Below are positions 47,801 through 55,903 of a stretch of DNA of 55,903 nt, in pieces. Within the stretch, counting starts at the first letter, position 1; the number at the start of each line of letters is the position of its first letter. The stretch is from Prorocentrum cordatum (lineage: Eukaryota), in assembly GCA_963575745.1 (NCBI GenBank), contig CAUYUJ010000128.1:62001-117903 (forward strand), written 5' to 3'. Under the pieces are notes generated by a model. That model was not told the DNA's origin. It searched no databases and saw nothing but the letters and a program-made list of their open reading frames with translations. A program made the translations under genes and the position numbers.

Positions 47801-50800
47801 GTCGCAGGTGACGTTGCCACAAGGTGCCGGTGCAGGAGCGGGGGGCGCCGTGGATCCGCCCTGACAGGGCAGGTGGCGCTGGCCCCTTGCAGTGGAGGCC
47901 TGGCGCCCGCGGCGCGTGGATGCACCTCCCGCCCGTGACTATGGACGCCCTCAACCACGTGCTGGCCTCGCACGGTGAGGGCACAGGCCCCGGATGGGAT
48001 TGCTCGCGCCCGCGGCAGCTGCGCTGGCTCCCGCCCCGCTACCGCAAGGCACCCCTGGATGTAGTGCGTGCTTGGGGAAGGAGCCCGACACGACGCCCAT
48101 TGCGGCTGCCACTTATGGGATTTTCCCTCCTAGCCCCCGTCTGGATGGGGTGAGGCAAATCGTCCTGGCGAGCCTCTGGACGCGAGCGTGGTCTAAGCTA
48201 CGGCAGCCCATCGTTCCCGAGTGGGGGCGCATAATCCACCCGTCACTCCATTGGGGAGAGGCAGACCGCACCTGCGAGCAGGTTTGCTTTTTGCACAACA
48301 TGATGACGGCCTTCGCGAAGAAGACAGGCGTGGAAGTATTGCGACCTCGTCAACCACAACGAGCTCTACGACCAGGTGGTCGAGACGGCGTTCCCAATGG
48401 GGGCCCTGCGCCCCAGCTACCGCCCCCCTCGCAAGGCGACGCTGGGCATAGGGGCGGGGCGGTGGGGCCGATGAGCAAGGCCAACGGCGCCGCTGCAGCT
48501 GGCTGCTCGTGCGCGGTGGGCGCGGCGAAGCTGCCGACGCACGCGCTGCTGCGCAGCCTCGTCTCCAGGTACCCGCTCGCATGAACAAAGAGAATGGCGA
48601 ACGACTGCCTCCTCCAGGCCGTCGGCGCGGCTCGCTTGGCGGGGGCCCAGCTGCCGCGGGCCGCCCACGACCTCTCACTGGGGCTGCAGAAGAGGCGCCC
48701 CGAGATCAGCTGGGACAAGACGGGTTGGATGGCTACCGACGCGGAGCTGGCTAAGGAGCTGGACCATCATTGGGCCAAGCTGGGGCCGAGCGGGCGCGCG
48801 GGCCTGAGGCGCCTCGGCGGCGAGCCGCGCGGCGGCCAAGATAGAGCTGCTGCAGCCGGCAGGGGCGAATACTTGCCACTTGCACCGAGGCCCCCCATGC
48901 GCCGCGGCGGTCTGGGTCCCTGCCGCCACGGGAGTCGCGGACGGCAAGCTGAACGGGCCGCGGGTGCACGCGCCCCGCTCCGAGGGCAGGCCCGCGGCAG
49001 GGGCCTGCCGCGCCATCGTGGCGAGCGCCATGCAGCGCGCGATTTTCAGGGGCCCGTTCGCGGTGAACGCTGGCTCCTGCAGCGAGAGATTCAGAGCGCA
49101 GTCCAGGCGGGCGCGCTGCAGCTGCCGAGCATGGAGCGGCCCTGGAATACGTGCGCTGACCCAGCCCAGGCCGCAGCGCTTAGCTTCGCCCGCGCGGGCT
49201 GCCAGCTTGCGAAGCGCGACTGTCTGCTCTACCATCGCCAGCGCGAGATCGACTTGAAGTGGGCGTTTTTTTGCTTGTTTTGTTGTCCCTCCCCCCCGGG
49301 CGGCCTGCCAGGCTGTTCGCGTCGTCGCGGGCGCTGCCTGCGACGCCGCAGCTCTAAGAAGGCCCGGGTGTCTTTGGGCGTCGGAGGATCACTGGGAGCC
49401 TGCGCTGGCCGTCTTGTCTCGCGCGTCGGAGCTGTGGGCCAAGGGGTGCAAAAACGCTCTCAGATCGGTTGATTGAGGAGCGCGCAGGAGCCAGGCCAGA
49501 TTGCACGCGAAAGGCAAGGCTGCGCACCCCGTCTGCGCGAGATGCGGGGCCCGAGGCACCTTGCGGCACAGGTGCTGTGATTGCCCCGCTGCAGAATTCC
49601 TCCGCCGAGAATTTTGCCCTCCTGAGCTGCTCGGGGCAGCTGAAATTGCGGGGCGCGCAGGAGAACAATCTGCCGAGCTCTTCGCGCGAGGCCTGCTGCC
49701 TTCGCCAGTGCGCGCTTTTCAGGGGTCTGAGATCCCCGAGGAGGACGAGATCCGCATTGCGGGGTGTATGCATGGATGGCTGTTCGAAGGCGAGATTTTT
49801 GCGGGCGGGTATGTTTTTTCCACCCAGTACGGCGCGTTGCGCTTTGCGGGGTGGGCAGCGATCTGCATCAATGATGACGGCTCGCTTCGTTGTGGGATGT
49901 AAGGCGATGTGCCGCTTGCGCGGTTCGTAACTCTGTCCTCCAGCGATGATTTAGCACTCTGTATGCTGACCCGATGTTCCGTTGACCCTGCCACCGATGG
50001 AGCGCCCACGGTCGTCCCTGACTGTTCAGGAGCGATCGCGCGTGCGAGGAGCGTCTCCAAAGCTTTCGGCCCCGTGAATCCCAACCGCCAGTTGTTTGGG
50101 GGTTGGTGGCAGGAGCACGGCAGCAGTGCGTTGGTGAAAAAGTCGCAGCACATGCTCGGGCGTCCAGCGATGCTTCTTTATAAGGCACTTGGCGCAGGTG
50201 TGGCAATGATCTATCGGACCGATGGGTTAAAAAGGGGCACAACTATGGAATACCCCACCTCAGAGGGTTCTCTCCACGGAAGCATGCGATGATTTGGCTT
50301 GCAAGCTCGTGCTCTGGATAGGTCAAGTCCATGCCTGGATAGGAGACTATGAGGTCTGGGATACTGAGGGTGTGGTTGGAACTTCGGATGTTGTCCGGGA
50401 CTTAGAATATGCAGTAGATGACCCCGATGTTGTGCTCCTAGATGCTGCCCTCAGGACCCTTGAGCTTCTAGGATGGAACTCAGGAGGTGGGAGTGGATTT
50501 GGGGGTCGTGTCTGGCAGGCCGTGGCTGTTTCAGGGGCACTCGGTGGTGACATGCTAGGTGGGGGGGCCCTGATAGCACGCGTTTGTTTTTTTGCAAGTC
50601 TTGCGGGGCCTCGCTGGCCCAGAGACTTTCCGTGGCAAACGCCTTGCAGGGGCCTGTCTGGGACCTTGGTACCCAGGGTTCCAGACCCAGAGGTCCCGTC
50701 TGCGTCGGTTCCTCTACCGCTCGGCCCCCGCTCCTCCTCCTCGGCTGTCTGCGTTTAGAGGCCCAGAGGAGGCTGATACCGAGTGGTTTCAGGGGAAACT

Positions 50801-51146
50801 GATGGGGTCCAGCTTGGGTGTTGGGTCCTCGTCGGCTGTTTCTGTCGAGTCGGGGCCCGCTGGCGGGCCTCCGGTGGGTCTCGCGGCCGATGGTACTTGG
50901 GGCCCCGCCAGCTTCCACCAGTACGGGGTGTCTGTCCCCGTCCTGGACCTGGCCCAAGATGCGCGCCTGCACGGTTTTGTTTCGCCCGGTTCTGCTGATG
51001 AATGGGCCGGGGAGTGCAGGCGCGCTAAGCGAAAGACCCGGGCCACGGAATCGTGGCCCCCCTAGGCTATTATGCCTCCGTGCCGCCGTTGTGTCGGCAG
51101 GCGGATCTGGTCCGCCCTACCCCATGTCCATTTCCATTTCCATTTC
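44889..51146 (+). mobile_element. Retroelement 4: heavily decayed near-full-length non-LTR element (coiled-coil ORF1, APE, RT, Zn finger, RNase H)
   Basis: Coiled-coil remnant at 45265-46000. APE-like ANANLW, GLQGH, SGGAAV, FSAYL, ADWHIEPEDL at 46460-46950. RT remnants GPGWD, RQIVL..RAWSKLR, AGCSCA. CARCG..LRHRCCDC. RNase H remnant AGWAA. FFCKSCG. (CCATTT)3 tail. cgtcatcgtcg on both flanks. Confidence 0.75.
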
Positions 51147-51291
51147 CGTCATCGTCGCTCTCGTCCTCCTCGTCGTCCTCGCCGTCCTCCTCGTCGTCCT
51201 TTTCGTCGTCGTCGTCCTCGTCGTCGACGTCGTCGTCGTCGTCGTCATCCTCGGTCCTCCCCCCATCCCCCCCCTCGGGGCCACGCGCAGA

Positions 51292-51432
51292 GGGGGTAGG
51301 GGGAATGGGGGGAGGCTTCTTAGAAACACCCATGCTTCTTAGAAGGCGCGGGCCTTGTCTGTAGATGCGGGGCCCTCGACTTCTAAGAAACAGCCTCCTT
51401 CTATGAAGCCTTCCCCCCTCCCCGTACCCCCC
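51292..51432. mobile_element. Palindromic element with TTCTWAGAA motifs; relative at ~7237-7540
   Basis: ggggaggcttcttagaa..cttcttagaag and cttctaagaa..ttctatgaagccttcccc. Confidence 0.6.
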
Positions 51433-52339
51433 TGAGCGCGCCGCCAACCCTCCCAGGACCCAGACCCCCTCGAGTCATTGATCAATAAAGAAAAAACGCC
51501 ATAAACAGAAATGTTTGGCGTTCCGCGCGGATTTCTTGGGTCCGCGCTGGGGCCACTAGGCGGCGCCTCCAGCGCCGCCCCTGGCGCGCTCCGCGCGCCG
51601 GCGAGGGGGGTCCAGCGCAAATCCAAGAAATCTGGTCGGAGCGCAAAAAGTTTATGTGTATGCCGTTTGTTTTTTTCCTATTCCCAGGACCCAGACCCTT
51701 GGAGCCATGGATAAATCACGACGTTGTGTGTGTGTGTTCGCTGTATTTTCTGCCTCTGGGGCCCATCGCCGGTCCTTGGGACCGTCAGACAAGCATTCGT
51801 GAGGAAGCACCAGCCCTGGTGAATGGGTCGAGGCCTGTGGGGGTCGGGGGAGGGAGGGGACATGAGCAGGGGTACGGATAGGACCTTTGGCTCAGCGTGT
51901 CGCGCCGCCGGTTCTGGACCACCGCGCTTCGGCCCCGCTTCGGCGCCAGGTATACGCTCACCACACTTTCGCCCACGCGCGTCAACGTCGCGGTCGCGGG
52001 CCCTTCCCAGCTTCGTTCCCCGCAGAGAAGAGCGACACTCTATCCGTCTTCGTTGGCCGAGGTGCCGTAAGGGAGGTCTCGCCTTTCCTGTGTTTGTTGC
52101 CGGCATGGTTGACTTGTGTAACGAGAGAGCGACTCCCCCAGATCCGATGATGGAAGCAGCGAGCGGTGCGAGGCTGATGATGGTCCTCACCCGGGGGAGG
52201 GGCGGGAGGGTATGGGAGCAGCGTCGTAGGCCATTCAGGAGATATGAAGTCCTGATGCGGGGCCCTTGCATGTTCGCGCCGTGGAATAATCGCGACGGAC
52301 GATTTTGACATGTTCTGCTTTCGGTAACCCGTAGGAGCT

Positions 52340-53565
52340 TTTTCAAGCATCATTCAGAAGCCATTTGGGGCTTCATGGGATTTCAGGAATCCTTGTGGGA
52401 TCGCCAAACAATATTTTGGACTCATTCAGGATACTTGAGGAAGCCTCAGGATTCTACTGGGAATATTCAGGACTCGTACACGAATCCGATAGGAAGGACA
52501 CCGAAGGAATCTCTTCAGAAATCGTTGCGAGTTTTTTTTTGAATTTCCAGACAGCGGATGGAATCGCCCAGAATGATGAGAAATTCTGATGCGTTTCTAG
52601 GAATTCCCAGGTATCCCCAGGACGCATCAGGAATTTCTGGGATCCTCCAAGGATGCGTCATGAAACCTGGAACCTTTTGGGATTCGGGAGGGCCCCGAAG
52701 GAATCTTTTGAAATCGTTGAATAAGCCATGAAAATAAATCTAGAGCTCTTCGGAATCCTCCCGAATCATCTGGCTCCTCAAGCTCAGTGCAGGAATCTTT
52801 TAGGAAAGCTCATGGTGTTTCTTGCCTTAGTGGGCCCTGGAAACGACATGGCCGTTTTTTTACCGGTTCCGTTTTGCCGTTGTTGTGCCGGTTCCGACGC
52901 CGTTTTTTTACCGGTTCCGTCGCCGTTTTTTTATGGGTTCCCTATCCAGCTCCAATTTTGCAGCCGTTTTTGTTGCCGTTTCCGGTCGTTGTTTTTTTGT
53001 TGCCGTTTCCATTTTCAGGGTTTTTTTTTCGGAAACGCTGAAAAAAACAGCCCAGCCGTTTCCGGGGCCCACTAAGCCCAGGACACCCCAGGAATCCCCA
53101 GTACTTTTCAGGAGCCCGTAGGAATTCTCAGAAATCTTCAAATGTTTGCGGGGCACTTCAGCTACCCGTATAAAAGTGTTTGGAATTATCCGTCACCCCC
53201 AGGAATCCAGACGAACCTGCAGGAATCCCAAGGAACTTTTCCAGTAATCGTCCAAAGTCTGCAGGACTACCATGTGGGGCAACCGTCAGGGATCCTTGAG
53301 GGTTCCATCAGGAATTGCCACGAATCCCTCCGGAATTCCAGAGTTATTCAGGGATCCATCAAGAATCGCCAGCCGTTCTTTGCACATCCTGGAGGAAATT
53401 GACGAACCCTAAGTGGTTTTCAGGAGTTCGCAGATATTCTAAATGAATCTGTCTGAGGAGTCCCCTGGATTTTTCTTGGAGTCCTCACGAATCGTTGAAA
53501 TCTCCAGAGGGGGGCCAGGAATCCTCAGGAGTCTTACAGGCATCCTCATACAATCCCTCATGAAC
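52340..53565. repeat. Degenerate AT-richer simple repeat (AGGAATCC-like)
   Basis: Recurrent ggaatc/ggattc words and a drop in GC content. Confidence 0.7.
52826..53076. mobile_element. MITE with 20-bp TIRs and internal GCCGTTTTT repeats
   Basis: cttagtgggccctggaaacg ... cgtttccggggcccactaag. Confidence 0.8.
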
Positions 53566-53891
53566 CCTAGTCGGCGCCTAGGCTGCGCCATGTCGTGTGG
53601 GAAGTAGGGCAACACGTCAAGGACGAATTACATATGCGAGAGATGCGAGTCGGACGGGGGCCAGGCCGCATTTTGGTTTTGAGCAGAGCCTGTGGCGGGG
53701 TGGAGGGGCGATGACGAGATGGGGGCGGACGTGGGCTTGGAAATCTGGGCGAAGACGAAAAGTTTTGGTCCAAGAGTCACAGAGACGGTCGCCTCAAATC
53801 AGCCAGGGGTGCCCTGATAAGCGTTGGAAAAAAGGTTTTTTATTAGCGCCGATTCTTCGTGGCACCCCGCCCCATTCAACCGGAAAGGTAG

Positions 53892-54088
53892 GTGACTGAC
53901 AAACATCGATGACCGAAAGCGTGCCCGAAGTTGTGACCGAACACGTAGTGTGACCGAAACGGTTTCTGAAATTGTAAGTCGTCTTGGTTTCGATCCAAAC
54001 ATGTCGGTCACACTCGGACGCGGTCGGAACAATTCGGGCGCCAGTTCGGGTCACATTTGACAGATGTTCGGGCACAGTTTCGGTCACG
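53892..54088. mobile_element. Fold-back element with inverted arrays of TGMCCGAA
   Basis: Four tgaccgaa/tgcccgaa copies on the left; tcggtca/ttcgggca copies on the right. Confidence 0.6.
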
Positions 54089-55047
54089 ACGCGTCAGTGC
54101 TAGAGACGAGGCTACATGAGATTGTGACCTCTCCGCCGCCTTGCCCTTGTGGTGTCCGTTCGCGGGGGGTCCCGACCCCGATTTGACGACAGCCCGGCGC
54201 CCGTTCTGGCTGCCCGCAGAAGAGGGCAACGACCCCGAACGCGAGTTTGCCGCCAAGTCTGCCAGCTGTTCCACTGCAGTGCAAGTGGGGGCCCTTATGG
54301 CGCGCGTCGGGGGCCCCGGGAACAGGCGCCACGAGGGCGAGGCGGTATGAGAGGTCAGACTCGGCACTTTTGTTTTTGAAACTTGATCCGAGCTTCCCCG
54401 GCGAACCTTGGGCGAATGTATTTGTAATGTTGGGCAGGGCCATCTCTTTCAACCTTTCGCCATAAGGCCCACGTGACAGCGCAAGTTCGCACGCTCATGA
54501 GTCACACGGGGATCCAAAGTGCATCCCCGGTTCCAGCCCAAACGCCCTGGTCTCGTAGGGCCGTCCATCTGGACGTATGTCGGCGCCTCGATCCGTCTGG
54601 CCGCCTCTGGACGTGTGTCCGCGCTTCCGTCCGTCCGTCCGCCTCCGTCCTTCTGGACGTGCTTCGTCCTCTGTGCGCCCGCATCCGTCCGTCCGTCCGT
54701 TCGCCTCCGTCCGCCCGACTCCCGAGGCCGGCAATGGTCAGAACCTTCCCGTCGCGATTTTCTCATGACCCGAGGGCTCCTGAGGAGGTGGATCTGTGTG
54801 GACGTCGATTCGGCCAGCGCGCCTTCCCCGTCGTCCCGCCACCCTCGCCCAGAAGGCAATGTGGTGCCCCCCCTGACCCGGCACGCGCGGGCTGCGACGT
54901 AGGCTCCGGCTGTCGCGCTTGACTCGCTTTTCCTCGTCGCTGCGCGCGAGGCCGTGACCGCCCAGCCGTGTGGCTGATGGGCACATGTTCCACCATTGCC
55001 ATTGGTAAGACTGGGGAGAAGCGAGGATGGGGAGGTCTTCCCGGAGT

Positions 55048-55197
55048 CTTCCTCCTCCTCCTCCTTCTCTTCCTCTTCTTTCTCCTCCTCCTCCTCCGCC
55101 TCCTCCTCCTCTTTCTCCTGCTCCTCGTCCTCCTCCTTCTCGTCTTCCCACTCCTCCTCCTCCTCCTCCTCCTCCTCCTCCTCCTCCTCCTCCTCCT
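55048..55197. repeat. (CCT)n microsatellite
   Basis: Direct reading. Confidence 0.9.
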
Positions 55198-55903
55198 TGG
55201 GCGCGCGCGGCGTACTCGGGTTCGGGCGCGGGCGCCCGGCGGCGCAAGACAGTCTTGGACGCGGCCGTGGCCTCGCCGCTGGCCCCGGCCCTGGCCTCAG
55301 CAGCTGGCACCAGGGTCCGGCGAGCCCCTCCTCAAAGCTCTTTCCCTGCAGTGCGTCCTTCTGCGGCCATTTACCGAGCCTCCCTCTCCTATCTTCAGTG
55401 GAGGCCCATGCCAAGAATCGGAGGCTGACAGACCTCGTACCCTGACACGTCGACTAGTGACTTGGCCGTTTTCGGCTCGCGAGAGGGCGTTACGGTCGTT
55501 ATGTTTGCGGGTCCAGGTCCGTCGGTTTCGGTCCTAGGCCGTTTTCGCTACGGGGTGGTTCACTAAAGGGAGGTATGTCCACCGCCGAAAGAAACAGCCT
55601 GTTTGCCTGTAGGGTGCCCCGGGTTTCTTGGGCCTGATGGCTCGTCCATGGAAAACGTGACGCTTCCACATCAAAAAGCAATATGGACGTCCTGGGTTTT
55701 CAGGGCCCCGCTTATTGTGAGAGGCTTCTTGTGGTCGGGCCCCACACTGTATTGTAGCGATGGTGGAAGTTTGCGCCTGAGCCCGTGCCCGCGCCTCAGC
55801 CCGAGCCCGAGCCTGCGCCCGAGTGCGCCGCGCGCGCCCGCACGAAGGGGAGGAACAGGAGGAGGAGGACGACGGCGACGAGGAGGAGGAGGAGGAGGAG
55901 GAG

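Overview
GC-rich, repeat-saturated eukaryotic DNA, most likely dinoflagellate. This is inferred from DinoSL-like relics, AG|G acceptors with GT/GC/GA donors, a tandem gene array and a DNMT-bearing DIRS element. Most six-frame ORFs are microsatellite or GC artefacts. Supported content: (1) a 2.7-unit, ~5 kb tandem array (13.4-26.7 kb) of an intronless gene for a predicted secreted protein (signal peptide, ShKT-like domain, Pro/Thr stalk, GDPH/vWD-like domain), each copy preceded by a relict spliced leader. (2) Four retroelements: a 5'-truncated RT-RNase H non-LTR element, a decayed DIRS-like element (Cys-rich uORF, gag, RT/RNase H, tyrosine recombinase, C5 methyltransferase), a minus-strand non-LTR element with an extra ORF downstream of RT, and a decayed near-full-length APE-RT-RNase H element. 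All four are flanked by (CCT)n/(CGT)n tracts on their sense strand. (3) Many nested MITE or fold-back elements and satellites with 9, 11, 12 and 112 bp units. (4) A chain of small, phase-0, helix-coding candidate exons, suggesting most of this DNA lies in introns of one large host gene. All calls come from reading motifs by eye. No searches were run and element boundaries are approximate.
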